From Amoebidium appalachense (taxonomy: Eukaryota; Protista; Ichthyosporea), in the NCBI GenBank assembly GCA_963693365.1, contig CAVNZM010000014.1, forward strand, positions 1,426,001 through 1,490,000: a stretch of DNA of 64,000 nt, in the 5' to 3' direction. The notes under the pieces were generated by a model. The model did not search any database. It was not told the DNA's origin and saw only the letters and a list, made by a program, of their open reading frames with translations. The stretch's first letter is position 1. Each line of letters begins with the position of its first letter. Both the position numbers and the translations under genes were made by a program. Shown piece by piece: positions 1-41,487 of this stretch.

Positions 1-99
1 GAACCCAATTACCAATAAACTACCTCTCTTCCCCTACCCCGTCCCACCTTCACCCAGCGGGCCCACCCCCCTGTCCGCACCTCTAAGACTCATCTCCCA

Positions 100-135
<36 letters not shown>

Positions 136-2793
136 TTCGGGGGAGAAATTTGTAAATATCACCCCCACCCCCACCCCTGGAAGATGATATTTGCTTAGTC
201 CCTCTCTACTTTATTGACTTCTCCCCTCTCCCCCCTTCCCCCCCCCCCCCCCCCAAAAAAAAAACCGCACCCCACCAAAACTCACCCGTCCCCTCTCTCC
301 TCACCGGTCCCACTACTCCCCTCCCCCCGCCCCCCTCCCCCAGGCAAGCTCAGCCCTCCCCCACTCCTGCCGGCCCCATCCGCCCCGCCATCCCACTCCA
401 ATCCCTCTCCCGCCACCCTCTGCCTGCTTTATCTTTATAGTAAATCAGGCTTCTGTACTAAAAAACCCCCTTTTCTGGGTGACACTACCTTTTAAACCTC
501 ACGGCTCTCAACCACCGCTGATCAGCATAACCATCGTTCTCACAACCATCATAATTAAACATGAAGCCCGGCTCTCTCCCCTCCCCCCCCCCACCCGTCA
601 CCCCCCCCCCCCCCCCCCCCCTCCCTCCCCTCCCCCTCCCCCCCCCCCTCCCCCCCCCCCCTCCCCGCCCCTCCCTCCCTTCCCCACCCCCCGTTTGCCA
701 CCGGTTCTCTTCCCATATGCTCCCTGGAAGCCCCCCTTGTTCCCCCTAGATCTAGTGGCCCCGCGGGTATTCGTACACCTCAGATCAGGCCCAAAAATGT
801 ACTAACTATAGCGGCAAGGTCACGGTGGTGAGTAATTTAGAAGGCAACAGTTTTGTATAGTTACCGTATATTACCTTACATGTATGATAGTGTCGGGCAT
901 GGGGAATTCCATATAGGTATAGGGGGGATTACAGTAATCTCCCTATACAGTCGCGTAGCGGCGTGCCGCCTGCACTATTACGCAAATTTATCAACAAAAC
1001 AGCGAATGCATGATGTATGTATCAATAAGTGTGCGTAATATTACAGTTGTATGAATCAACGATATATATTTGGATAGCACTACCGTAGTTTTCAGGTTTT
1101 CGTAGTCGCTATCCCCCTATACTCTGACCCTGTGTTGTGAACTCGTTCATATTATTGAATGGGGTTAACTGGCTTGCTATATCCCGGCTTAAAAAAAATA
1201 TAGTTTTATCTGCCAGCACTGATTGGCAGTCCTGACATTTGCCCAAATTCAGCTATTAATGGTTTCAACGGTTGAGGGCCCGGTGGGGCAGAGATCTCAA
1301 GCTGTGCACGGGGCGGGGGCGGGGAGGGAGGGGGAGGGGCGGGGAGGAGGGGAAGGGGGGGGAGGAGGGGGAGGGGAGGGGGGTGGCCGGGGGGGGGGGG
1401 GAGGGGGGGGAGCCTCAGGGGAGGAAGGGGGGGGGGGGGGGGGGGAGGGGGGAGGAAGGGGAGCGGCTGGAAAGGGGCACTGCCAGGTCCTGACCGAAGT
1501 GAGCGAGGGAGGAGCTCGAGGTTCGAGGTGTGGTTTTATTCAAAGTTTCAATAAATTTTTTTTTTTTTTGGGGGGGGGGGGATGTATGTGAAGGGGGGGG
1601 GGGGGGAGGAGGGGGGGTAGGGGGGGGGGGGGGGGGAGGAGGGGAGGCCTGGGGGGAGGGGGAGGGGGGAGAGGGGGAAGGGAGAGGGGAGGGGGCCCTG
1701 GGCCGACTTGCCATTGGGAAAGAAACCAGCTGCAGGACAAGTCTAGGCATCTAAGAAAAGGAGCTGCCTCTATCAATGACGCTGGGGTAGATGGGGGGGG
1801 AGGGGGGGGGCGGGGGGAGGGGGAGGGGAGAAGAGGGGTGGAAGAGGACACCGCTGGATAAGTGGTGGGTTGGTGGGTGAGGGTGGGACCGGTGGGTGGG
1901 GTTGGGGGGTTAACGTTGGTGGGGGGGGGGGGGGGGGGGAGGTGGAGGGGAGGGGGGAGCCTCAGGGGGGAGGAGGGGGGGTAGGGGGAAGGGGGGAGGG
2001 GGGCCCGGGCTAGGGGGGAAGGTGGAGGAGTGGCTGAGTAAGCTGGGTAAGATTGCAGGGAGATATTATCCACTTAAGGTTTATCGTTTGGTGTGGTCGC
2101 TCAGACCGCGTACTTTGCAGAGCCTGCCGTAGAAACGGATGTATAGGTCGTGACAGTATTAATATCAATGATTTGGCGCCTCCTGATCAGAATCAGCTGC
2201 GTAGGCCCTTGGCTCGAGCCGAATGGAACATTCAGGTGGCCAGATCACTGAAAGCTGCAGCCTGTCTCAGGGATTGGGGGAACAAGGCCACATGCAGAAA
2301 AGACACCTGTACGTGACACGCATGTCGGCATGCCAGTCTCGTGTATTATCGTGGTAGCCCCGCCGTACTCAAGCTTGATGCAGATGTGGCATGTGCTTTT
2401 GGGGCCCCAACCAACACACAGGTGTGGCATGTGCTTTTGGGGTCCCAGCACAGGGCAGCACGCGATTGGACACGCGCAAGGGCTCTCTAGACGTACATAA
2501 AGACGGCCTCTGAGTCCGAGTCCTCAGAGCCTCAATAGACGCACAGAGCACATCTAAAATATTTGTCAGTTCAGTAGCAAGTTCGTGGTTGTGTTCGCAA
2601 CGCTCTAAGATAAACCCCGACTTCCTTGGACGCTTCACTTACACACTTGAGCACAAAAAAGAACCTCTCCATTGTCTTTCTGCTACCTATATATCCTTTT
2701 GTAATTACATATCCTATTTGAAATTTAAGTTTCTCACAGTTTCCCCTTGTTGTTATTCGCACCCTCCAGCACCTATCAACAAAAATATTCAAG

Positions 2794-3323
2794 ATGGTCA
2801 CCACCACTGCTTCCTCCAGCGCCTCTCCCGACTGTCCCGTTTGCCTCGAGCACTACTCCCTCTCCAACTGTCCCATTATCACCCCCTGTGTTCACAAAAT
2901 CTGCTGTCGCTGCCTCGCCACAATCCAGGAAACAACGTGCCCCACGTGTCGCACCAACATACCTGCGAGCTTGCGTGGCCTCGCTCAGGCTCTCTGCAAC
3001 ACTACGAACGAAAACCAAACACCAAACTCGAGGAACGAAAACATTAACGTGCTATATTCCGCGGTTCAACGCTGTCCCGTGCACCACAAAAAGCTGCATT
3101 CGTGGTGTGGACATAAACCACAAACGTGTCGTGTGCGCACACTGCAAAAGAGTCGCCCGAACATGGCAGCTGCGAGGTGAAGCCCAACACGGAGATGGAC
3201 AGAGAGATGGAGACGTTGGTGGCACATGTTGGAGGGATTGTGCAGGCGGCAGAAAGGGAGAGGGGAGAGGTGGCTAAAATGGTGGATGGGTACTTTCAAA
3301 ATACGGTGAACACTCGTGGATAG
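2794..3323 (+). pseudogene. RING-B-box-coiled-coil (TRIM-like) E3 ligase, intronless, two apparent +1 frameshifts
   Basis: C3HC4 RING CPVC..PCVHKICCRC..CPTC at 2794-2955. Removing one G at ~3109 and one A at ~3149 restores a B-box CPVHHKKLHSWCDINHKRVVCAHCKESPEHGSC, followed by a helical segment EMDREMETLVAHVGGIVQAAERERGEVAKMVDGYF and TAG at 3321-3323. Confidence 0.7.
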
Positions 3324-3862
3324 TGGTTGGGAAGCTGCAAAGGAGCGGCTTAACAAGGTGTATATGTACATGTGTACCCATGTGATGTGCAGTCCTGCCT
3401 TCATTCCATAAACAACCGCGTCACTCCATGTACATGTGTTCAGATAACGGTTTACAAATTTTAGTTTGTGCGTTTACTCTTGTGCTTGTGTGTGCGCACA
3501 AATACATAGTTAACAGAATCATTGCGGCACAGATAATCTTGGTACTGTATATGCCATTTGACACACCGGACCCCATCCATATCATACACTGAGTAAAGTA
3601 TCCGAGGATGGCACATGCACCCTGAAAACTAAACACAGACACGAACACGGCTCCCTACTTGCAAGCACGGGCACAGAGAAATTCCGCAAGCACGTGTACA
3701 GAGAAATTCCGTAGACATTTTCTTTTTTTTTTTTTTTTTTAAAAAAAAATTACCGGATCATGAAACTCACAATCATTCCGGCGCCAATCCCTGCAGGCCC
3801 GTGCACAATATCTCGCCAGCAGCAACAAAACCATAGACGACAAACTGAGCACATACACTCAG

Positions 3863-4345
3863 TTGACCAACCAGCTCACACCAACGGACATTACCACCCG
3901 CCGCACACTCGCAGAAAACCTCCGAAAACTGAAGAACGTCAAGTGGGAGAGGACGACCATCACAGAAACACAAAAAGATCTATCGTTGGAAGCTTTATCA
4001 AACTGGTGCGACCTCGTGAGTATTTCTTCCCACACATGGGGTGAGGGCGCGAGTATCAAAGTCACTGCAAAATGTGAAACGTGTGGCTACCTAACTAGTA
4101 CTATCATCTCCACTAATGTAGTCTGGGGCAACATTCACTCGCAGATCAAGTTTAAAGACGCCGCAGTTCTCTTTAAAGCAGACCATCCCATGATGGCTCT
4201 TGCCGTGGCCTGCAAAAAGGGTCACACTTGTCACCAACATTTCATTCGTCGGAGCAACCTGGAAAACGACAAACAACACGTGCACGTCCATGCCATCTAT
4301 GACGGGATCGTCGTACAGTGCACCCGTCTTGCGTGGGGCAGGTAG
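3863..4345 (+). CDS. hypothetical Cys/His-containing protein (possibly the C-terminal part of the upstream TRIM-like gene)
   Basis: 160-aa non-repetitive ORF with protein-like composition (CETC, CKKGH). Starts at TTG, not ATG; no family recognised. Confidence 0.35.
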   Translation: MTNQLTPTDITTRRTLAENLRKLKNVKWERTTITETQKDLSLEALSNWCDLVSISSHTWGEGASIKVTAKCETCGYLTSTIISTNVVWGNIHSQIKFKDAAVLFKADHPMMALAVACKKGHTCHQHFIRRSNLENDKQHVHVHAIYDGIVVQCTRLAWGR

Positions 4346-5807
4346 AGGTCCGGTGCGAGGTGGTGGACAAAGAAGGACGGCCAATGGGAATAGAGCACGT
4401 GTTCTAGAGAAAATTTCGGACTATTTATGGATTTCGTGCTGCAATGGTGCACGTGGGAGGCACGGGGGGGGGGAGGGGGGGAGAGTAGGAGTGGGAGGGG
4501 GGCAGGGATTGGGAGCTGGAAGAGGGGAGTTCGGGGGGGGGGGGGGGGGGGGGGTTCTGGTCTTGATTACTCTTTGGTTAGTGTAGGTCAAAAAAGCTGT
4601 AAATATATGGATAAAGCGTGAACTTGTTTTCCTTTGTACCAAAGTGTGTATATAATCGTTTTAAGTTTATTCTTATTTTGATTCCGAAGTGACTGGTTTT
4701 ATTTTTGCCTCGCTGCAAAGATCTCATGTGCTCAAGGTTTAAACCTAATACTCTCTCCTACTCTCTTCTCTCCTCTTCATTGTGAAGCTGCATGTGGGGC
4801 ACATGTGTCGGTGTGTCTTGCATGCTAAGGGAATTTTTCTCTTTGTACAGCTTAGAGTCGGGCATTTTACCAAATTCACATCACACGGTTGTAGACATAC
4901 TTTCAACCCTGTTAACTTGAAGTTTTAGCTGGAATATTGATATAGCGGGAAACCTACCTCTTAGAATGCCAGGCTGTATTATACATCTAAACAATGGAGA
5001 TCGCTGTTGTGATCACATGGGGGAGATATGTACATATGTAACTTAAGGGGTGGTGGTGACCGGTGGTGGTGGTGGTGGGCGGCGGCGGGGCGGGGGGGGG
5101 GGGAAGGGGGATGGGGACCCTTGGTTAACCTGAGAATAGTTCGACCTATGATGAAACTTTGCCCAAGAATTCATGGGGCGAAAAACAAGTTGTGTTGGCT
5201 ATTAGGTCACGGGAAACATTCAAATCGCAAGGCTATTCGCTTTCAACTTGGCAGACCACCTTTGTACACGAGTAGAAACAACCAACTACGTAATACAGTA
5301 AAGTTTAACAAGGTTTAACATTAAAGTTTAACAATGGCAAGTCAATAAACACTTAGGATGCCTCAAGCAAGTGGTTCATTTGCCCAGACCTTTGGGGTTC
5401 TTCTATAGCCAATCATTATGGCATGTCGTTACGTCAATCACCTACACCCCCCCCCCCCCCCCCCTTCCCCCCTCCCCCCCTCCCCCCCTCCCCCCATCCC
5501 CCCCCCCCCCCCCCTCCGAACCCCCCTCACCCCTCAGCCCTTACAAGTCCATTTACACCCCCCCCCCCCCCCCCTTCTCCCCCCCAAAGCCCCCCTCCCC
5601 CTCCCTAATCCACCCTGACTGGTTTGCTCGTGGACGTGTTTTTGTGTGCAACAAGTGAAGCTAATACCCCCCCCCCCCCCCCCCCCTCTCCCCACCCAAT
5701 ATGTACACGCACGCACGCACACACGCACACACACACACACACGTCACACACACACACACACACACGCACGCACGCACACACGCACACACCCAGGGACACA
5801 CGCGCTG

Positions 5808-5866
<59 letters not shown>

Positions 5867-6359
5867 ACCCTATATCCATCGGACACGTTCCTCATCCCCA
5901 GGCCAAAACAAAACCAAAATTTGAAAGAAAGAAAGGAGCGAGAAAAGATGAAGGAAAGAGAAAAATTACTCTTAAACATAGGACCAACACAGCATCTTGT
6001 GTCGGCTCCAGCGTTTCCCAATGGTGCATTTATTTTACACATCAAAATCTAACTGCGACACCGACACCCCCCTCCCCCTTCTCCCCCCCCCTCTCTCCCC
6101 TCCTCCCTCCTCTTGTTCCCCCCCCCCCCCCCCTCATCGGGAAGCTCCACATTCATCCCATACTTTTCAACCCCTTCCAGGAATTTGCTCAACTAAAATA
6201 AAGCTTTTAATCCAGTTTATCACCATATTCTATAGAAGAGAGTCCAGAATGGGGCCTAGAAGGCGTAATTGTTCGTTTTGCTCAGTGTCTGACGCGAATA
6301 CTAGTGTGCGAATAATGTCGCCACCAATGGCAGATTAGGTGTTGTTGTTGTTGTTGTTG

Positions 6360-6434
<75 letters not shown>

Positions 6435-7321
6435 CGTGTGTGTGCGCGCACGCGTGTGCGTGCGTGCGTGCGTGCGTATTTGTTTTATTTTAAGTTCAAT
6501 TTATTTATTTGGGGGGAGGGAGCAAGGACAATTTATTTATGGGGGAGATGGGGGGGGTGGGGGGGGGGGGGGAGGGGGGGGGGGGAGGGCAAGGACCTAT
6601 AGTCATTTGCCCCACACTTCTAACGGGCACTGCGAGAGAATGGACACACTGGTGTTGTCAATTCGGTCTGCATGTGAGCGGATTTGCGAATCCACAAGGT
6701 AGGGGGTGGGGTGGGTGAGCGATTGGTGAAATGGGTGATGGAAGGAGGAAAAGTCAAAGAAATGGAGGTGGGGTTGGGGGGGAGGGGGGGAGGGGGCTGA
6801 GAGGAAGGGGGAGGAGGGAGGGAGGGGGGGGGAGGGATTTTGTATGGGCTAAGGGGTACCGTAAAATACACCGTCACAACGGACAATTACACATGATGCA
6901 GAGCGCAAACCACACACAAAGAGTGCGCATATTTTAAGTAGAACCCATTCTCAGGCAGATCCTCAAGCCTGGGGCCCACGTCATCCAGGGGGTCGGGAAG
7001 AGTGGGGAAAGCAGTGGAAGTGGGAGGAGGGGTGGGGGGAGGGGAAGGGAGGGTAGAAGGATAGAGAGTTGTGCCGGCGCATTAGCTGGTGGCCACCATA
7101 ATACCGGCTAGCCTGCACATAACCTGAAACGTGTTGTGGAATACTGTAATGATGTTTTTTTTTTTTTTTTGGGTATAATACAGCAAATAAATTGAAAAAT
7201 AACAGGTGAGTGAGTGAGTGAATGCGAGTGAGTACGAGCCTGTGCTTGCGAGCGCGTGTGCCGTGTGGAATGTGTGTGTGTGTGTGTGTGTGCGTGTGCG
7301 TGTGCGTGCGTGCGTGCGTGC

Positions 7322-7389
<68 letters not shown>

Positions 7390-8128
7390 ATTATGTGGGA
7401 GGCCCGGCGGGGAAGGGTCTTTTTTTTGGGGGGGGGGGGGGGGGGGGGAGGGAGGAAGGAGATGTGGAAGCCAGCCAGGTGCAAACTGTACAAAAACGAA
7501 CTTGTGTCATATTTTCTTTTTCTTCTCTTTACAATTTCTGTCATTCCTTTTTTTCCCTTCAAATATTGAGACCAAGTACGAGTCGGGCACCGTCACAGGT
7601 CGTGGGAAAAAAGAGGGAAAAAAAAAAAGAAGAAGCAAATGCTGCGGGCTGCTGCATGCCTACATCATGCCGTGCTAGAGCCAACCTAGGCCTCCAACAT
7701 GGTTTTATATGTTTGAAAAGGTATTATTCCCGTGTTATTTATTGTAAGGTACCTGTAAAAAAAAACCATAGTATTACAATAGTTTTCCATTAAAATATCC
7801 CGGCTTTTTCCAAACCAAAGTTTATGTGCTGGGCCTACACTGTGCATTTCGATGATTCTCGTTCAAAAAAACAACCATTCAACCGAAAAACGTACCAGCT
7901 GCATCATGGCAGGTTTCCCCTTCAGGTTTACCTCCACACTGCAATAAACCTAAAGAAGCTAAACTCAATAAAATAAAAACTATTTGGTTAAAAACGAACA
8001 TGTAATTATAATGTCGATGCTAGCGACCAAAGTCCGTTGAACTTAAACTTTTTTTTGGTCGGACATAGTCTATCACAGCACCAGTATGCTAAAACTATTT
8101 CGCTTTGCGGTACCTGCCACAGCTGTAT

Positions 8129-8620
8129 CTAGTTGTTCGGCGGGGTAACTGAAGATATTTGCACAAACCAACGCGGCACCTCAAACTCTTTGGCCGCAGC
8201 ATCCGGATTCTCCACAGGGGTGGTAAGTTTGTTTGCGTCTGACATGAACACAGTCACCCCCTTCAACGACACATGCGGCGAGCTTGGTGCACTGTTAGCA
8301 CGTGTGCGCGGGCTCCACGGAGTAACTTTCACATCCGCGAGTGTGCCAGTGTAATCCTCCTCCACCAAGGTCATTGACGTCTTTCTAGGATTACAATGGG
8401 GACATTGGCGGCCGGAAAGAGGAGAAGAAGCAATGGTGGTAATGCTAGATGCGCGCTGTGCGGTGGTCGTTGAAGCCGCTTGTTTTGCGAGCGCGCATGT
8501 GCATGGCCCAGGGGCTGTAGAGTATGGTTTTCCGTTAGGCCCTATCATGGGGAGCAGACCGTTCATCGAGGGGCAGGCTGTGTCACCCACTGTTACGCTA
8601 AGCCTTTTGGGGAGGGACAT
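8129..8620 (-). CDS. hypothetical protein
   Basis: 163-aa ATG-initiated ORF in unique sequence, Ser/Thr/Pro-rich with a CPHC motif; no family recognised. Confidence 0.3.
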   Translation of the reverse strand: MSLPKRLSVTVGDTACPSMNGLLPMIGPNGKPYSTAPGPCTCALAKQAASTTTAQRASSITTIASSPLSGRQCPHCNPRKTSMTLVEEDYTGTLADVKVTPWSPRTRANSAPSSPHVSLKGVTVFMSDANKLTTPVENPDAAAKEFEVPRWFVQISSVTPPNN

Positions 8621-9069
8621 CGTGATGCTTCGAATCTAACGAAAGTAACAGGAGGTAACAGAGTGCTCAAAAAATTCCCGTAGTGCGGTTATTCCTTCGT
8701 TCTGAATACGCAAGCTCTTGGCGTTTTCGTATGGTATTTACATTAACAAGACACTGATTCGCAACAGCGGCGCGAAAAAGAAAAAAAAAAGACGTTCGAT
8801 TCTGCAAAGGAGAGAACAAAGTCAAAACAAAAGGTCGAGCACGGTTTTGTATCTGCCTGACTTGTGTGGATGCAAACAGTAGAAAGATGGCGGGATTTGA
8901 TTGGCTTCATTCCTTTGAAACAATCCTATTGGTGACCATCCACCAATCGGAATATGAGTTGCTTTTGACACGCGTTGTGAGTGGCGCAGCGCGCACCCGA
9001 ATCTTTTACAGCATTGTGATTCGTTAAAGATCATGCAATAGATCCCCTACCCGCGGGCACGCCACGGAC

Positions 9070-10250
9070 GCTTAGTTCATCCGATCCTATCGAACTACGG
9101 CAATATATTCGTATGGTTGAACATTGGTGCTAGCGCAACGATATGAAGGTTAACGTCAAAAAGTGTGCCCTTCTATCAAAATCGATACCGGCATGGGACG
9201 ACGTTTGTATATTCGGCAGTCCCCTCCCTCGATCGCCCGATCGAATATAAGTATTTGGGGGTCCCGGTGGATGAGTGGGGCATATGTTTCAAACGGATGG
9301 TCGACCGTCGGTTGGAGAGTGCAGGCAGGTTTCTTCGTTTATTTAGGGGTGTGTATCTTGCTAATCTTTCTACTACTGTAGACTTACACAACCGTCTTAG
9401 TATATTTCGCACCTTTATTCGCCCTTTGTCTGAGTACGGGTTGCCTTTATTAGCTACATATGGCAGCCCTGATACCGTTGCAAATGTTCTCCAATCACTA
9501 GATGACTTCCACTACACAACTTGTACGTTTCTTACTGGCCTTTCCACACCTATTTCTAGACGCCTTTTCGATTCTTTATACGCACTCACACCAGCATCAC
9601 AACGCATACACGAATTAGCCCTTAAATTTCACGAGCACATCACCCGCCCATCCGCCATTGCCCCGACCCATCCACTCTTCCGGCTACACGCATCCCCACC
9701 GGACTCGCCCCTCTACCTCTTCCCTTCCACATCGTCTCTGCCCATTGTCGAGCGATATGCGGAGTGGCTGGCGACTCCACCGGAGGTACGGCTGTCCGGA
9801 CCATAGTGTGACTATGAATAGTTTTAAGTCTATCTATGGCTGATAGATACCTTTTTACTTTACGTGTCGTGTCCCTCCCAGTGTTAGGTCAGCAAAAACA
9901 CCAACTACTGCTAGCCTATATGGCGGATACGGTTAGACAATCTCGCTCTTATATAGATTCGTTTATTCATGATGTTGTGTCGTATAAATATGCAAAGATG
10001 ATTATGTCTTGGCGTTGTAATCGGTTTTTGGTGTCTCCTGCTCGTATGTGCAATATGTGTGGGGGGCGGTTTCCTCGCGGATGCATGCATATCTATCAAT
10101 AAGTGTGACCTGATAGCTAACTAATGTGGTAGAACCGGAGGTTATGGGCGGCTTTATTCTCTTTTCTACTTCTCTCCCCCAGTATATCCGTTATGAAATG
10201 ACCGTGTTAGATCACCTTATTAATGCTGCACAGTATGATATTGTGATACG
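9070..10250 (+). mobile_element. 5'-truncated, degenerate non-LTR retrotransposon (LINE) RT C-terminus
   Basis: Post-YADD RT motifs MVEHWC*RNDMKVNVKKC (9113-9166), then after a frameshift EYKYLGV and RLSIFRTFIRPLSEYG (thumb) in ORF 9165-9806. C-terminal WR..CNMCG segment in ORF 9836-10102. Stops and frameshifts present. Confidence 0.8.
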
Positions 10251-11921
10251 ACCGGTGTCTTAACTTTCTCTCGGAGCTACCAATGCTAGCTTCTGTAAGT
10301 TATCCATAATCTATACTAGGGTTGTTTTATTGCATACAGTGTACATAAGTCACTAGCTGCATTTGATTGGCTGCGCTGGAAAACGCAGTAGGCCGTCAAG
10401 TGAGGCTGGGCCCCTGCAGCAATACAAAGTGCACAAACCCCCACCCAAATCGACATCGTAAATCGCCCATACCTGAGCCGGCCATGTTGGTGGAGCCTGG
10501 ACCACTTATTACGCGTATAAATAGGTGCTGTGCAAAGAAGAGAGATTTATTTCGGCTCTTTTATTGCAATTCTTTTATGATGTTTCGACCGGAGGGCTCA
10601 AGTACAGTTGTAGTCCTTGCAGATGCGGTCGTTCTTGATCACGGAAGCTTAAGGCACGGATCGGAGCGGATTGAAGGCCGAGTTCGCGGCCTGGGCGCCG
10701 GAGGGGCTGCGCAGCTGCGCATGCAGGACTCAGCAGCAGGAGGCCCTCAGGGTGCCACGGAGTTGAAGACAAACTTCCGCGCACGTGTGTCAACAAGCTG
10801 TGTACTGTACGAAAGCCTGAATTAAGGAAAGGCGGGAGAGCGTGCGGGGCCGTGGGGCCCGGAATCCGGAGAGGGAAAAGCTGAGGTCTAGCTAGAGGGA
10901 GGGGGAGGGTGGGTGGGTGAATGGGTGGGTGGGGGTGGGGGGGGGGGGGGGGGGGGGAGGGGAGGGGGGAGGGGGAGGGGGGGGGAGGGGGGGGGGGGGG
11001 GAGGGTTAGGGCTGGAGGCCGAGGGCGGGGCAGGAACGGGCCGGCCAGGCGCGACGTTGACGTTCAGCGAATGACTCGTGCTTCCTCCGGATCCTCGAGA
11101 GCTCTACTGGTAATAAACAAATTCAAATTTTGACTTCATCATTTGCATGCACATGCGGCATGAGCTCACGTGCACCAGGCGCTCGCATGGTCATTACTAC
11201 TATGATATCCTGCAGCTGCAGCTTTGCAACATGCATGCGCAATCAGTGCGAGTTTTATAATACATGGTGCCATGGCTAATGATGATGCGCACGAAACGCG
11301 GGAGGATGGAGCTACTGCCACCTTTAAAGAGGTAGCTCCTATTTTTCAAGGCCGACGAACACTTTCCCTCTGTTACAGACTGATCACGCGTCAACTCATA
11401 CCCTTGAAAAATGGGCCTCAGTAGTAGTACTCGCCCGAGTAGACTTGGTCATGAACGGCGGCGCCTGAGGCCTAGGCCACAGTTGCGCGTGGCAGACGGA
11501 GCTATAGATAGTACGCGCGCATGCACACACACACACACACATCCACCCATGCGCACATGCATGCACGTGCACCCACACACGTACAAACACGCACACACCG
11601 TACAAGCACGTCACGTGCTGACACACATTCATACACCAGGCACACGTAATACGCACACACACGTGCACACACTTGTACAACATATATGTCATGACACACG
11701 GGCGCACACGTGCACGCTCGCACGCACACACTCATAAGCAAACGCACACACGTGTCGTGCACACACGTGCACGCACGTACACACACACACACCCACACCC
11801 ACCCATACATGTACACACACACACAGACACCGTCACACACGCACAGGCACACGCACACACGCACACACGCACACACACACACAAACACACACACACACGC
11901 GCGCGCGCGCGTGCGCACACA

Positions 11922-11977
<56 letters not shown>

Positions 11978-13053
11978 CACACACACAAACACACACACGC
12001 ACGCACACACACCACACACACACACACACACACAATATGATCCTCAAGCGTACGCAACGGTCACGTGCAACGGTCACGTGCAAGCCTTCACCAGCGAGTC
12101 GTGACTGGCAATTGTGCCTTTTCGCTCTGCTGTCTTATTGGATGAAAGTATCTCTTTGGATCTGTTGCAAGCCGGGGCGCCGTGCACACTGGCATGCCAC
12201 TGCAGCTGCCAGTTCCAGATCTTATTCACCAAGAGTGGTGAATAAAAGGTTGTCTATAATGAAAACGCTATCATTGACTTTGTAAGCCGTTGTGTAACAA
12301 CACTCAAAAAAGAAACTTTTCTTAGCACACTGCACAGGCGGCATACTCATGCAAGTCACGTATCTGGCAAATACCCCTGTTATATAGGTATTGTCATTTG
12401 TACAATATGATTAGCTCAAAGTCATGCTCAACATCTGCCGGCAAGTTATTCCATATTTTTGCACATTCCTGCGGCATCCTGTTGATCCACTCGCAATTCC
12501 GCCCGACAGCACGACTCGACTGACAACTGTCACAGCCGACCGTCCTCGCCATTGAAAGGGTAAACTTTAGGCTCCGACATACAACACAACACATAGTCTG
12601 GCAGGCAGAAAAAAGAGGAATAAGGCATGCTTGTAGCATGAGCATGCTTGTAGTTTTGGTTAGGCGACGGCGGACCTATGCTTCTTGGCTTGCACGCAAC
12701 CCATAATCGAGGTACTCACTTTGTTCCAAAAAAAAAACGCCTTTATTGTGTACTTTTGCAGGTCTGAGAAATAGGAAAGTGAGGACACGTTAAAAAAAAC
12801 ACAAGCACACAGCTAAGACCATTTCCACAAGCATTAACAAATGAAATATTTTCTCGAACGTAGCCACGCAAAAAGGGATCCTCCATTGGAACTCTTTGCT
12901 CATGGTCCCGAACCTCTGTTCTTTTCGTACAGAAGTGCTGGTAGTCTAACCATGCAGAAAGCTCGCTACTATTAGTGCACGCGGGCGGTTTATTCTGTGT
13001 GCTACTGGCTCGTGGAAACTAGAAGTGCCCCGGCCAGGGGCTGGAGAGTTAAG

Positions 13054-40296
<27,243 letters not shown>

Positions 40297-41202
40297 AATG
40301 GAAATGAATGGGGCTACATAAATGGAAGCTTGTTTAATTTTAGTCTATATATATTAGTAATAATAATGAAGCAACTCTATTGGCAGTTGTGTAGGTTGCA
40401 AGTGCCAGGTGATTTTTTTTTTACTTTTTTAATTATTTTTTTTTGTACGAAACTTTGACAGGGGTATTTGATTGAAAATCAATGTGACACAATAAAGGAC
40501 CTGTTTACCAGATATTGTTTGAAGGTATATAATTACATGGGGAGTATAGTTCAATTTGATTGGTGGATAATCAATCACTTGTCGTAGGTATTTGGTGTAT
40601 CAAGTCTTTTTGTGTTAAAGAAAAATGCACCAGGGAATGATTATGCATCTATCAGGATGCATCTTAATGAACGGTTCCATATTTAGTCGCAGCAGTACTT
40701 GTGTATTTGTTTCGGCAGCGGAAAAGGGGTAATGCCGTATCATAATGCATATGTTAACATATTTTTTTTTAATAATTCCCGCGATGGTACATGGTTCAGA
40801 TTGTGCACCCTGTAGGTCTTGCTACACTTCTCCGCACCATCCTGAATTTACTATTTTAGTATTATCATATGCAGACCTAATTATAAAGCTACATTGCCAT
40901 ATTTGCAGCATTTTCTGTCTGCTGCTGAATTGTGTTTTTGGGTTGTAGCAGGGACTATCTCGTAGCAGGGCATGTATGTGTGAACTTGATGGGATCACCG
41001 TAGTACCAAACACAAACGTATGTCGTCTTTTTGGGCAGGAGGAGGCCTCCATTGGGAGGAGCCTTTGGATGGGAGTGGGGTGGGGTGTGTGTGTTTTTGT
41101 ACGTACCCCCCCCCCATACCTGAGACTGGTTTCTCTTTGCCTCGAGTAAACAGCGTAAACCCCCAGGCTAGTAAATGCATACAGACGACAAACAAATGGT
41201 AT

Positions 41203-41239
<37 letters not shown>

Positions 41240-41487
41240 AGTCGTGACTTGGGGGCGCTCCTTGACTCAAGTCAGACACTTTTAAGTCACGACTTGTCAC
41301 GGTCACAGTGTGTCAAACCATGACACCCCATGACAAGTCATCCGTAGTGTCCCCGGCTTCTCGAGCATTCCGATTGGGGCTTCAAATCACTACCCAGCCA
41401 ATCAAAGGTAGTCTTGTCCAAAAAAGGCAAAGATGCTGGTGAAAGTTTTGCCTATTTTAGGTCGTTTGTCTCTGGAAGCGATACCTG

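Noticed and set aside
917-1122. GTATAGGGGG(G)AT / ATCCCCCTATAC inverted pair as a MITE
   Set aside because: Only ~12 bp, largely a G-run; insufficient without other copies.
2382-3712. Short two-copy repeats (38 bp at ~2382, 25 bp at ~3661) as CRISPR-like arrays
   Set aside because: Simple tandem duplications with no spacers and no cas genes, in a eukaryotic context.
10367-12650. ORFs 10367-10825(+), 11224-11424(+) and stop-interrupted minus-strand frames at 12100-12650
   Set aside because: No recognisable motifs and no consistent exon chain; possibly decayed coding DNA but unsupported.
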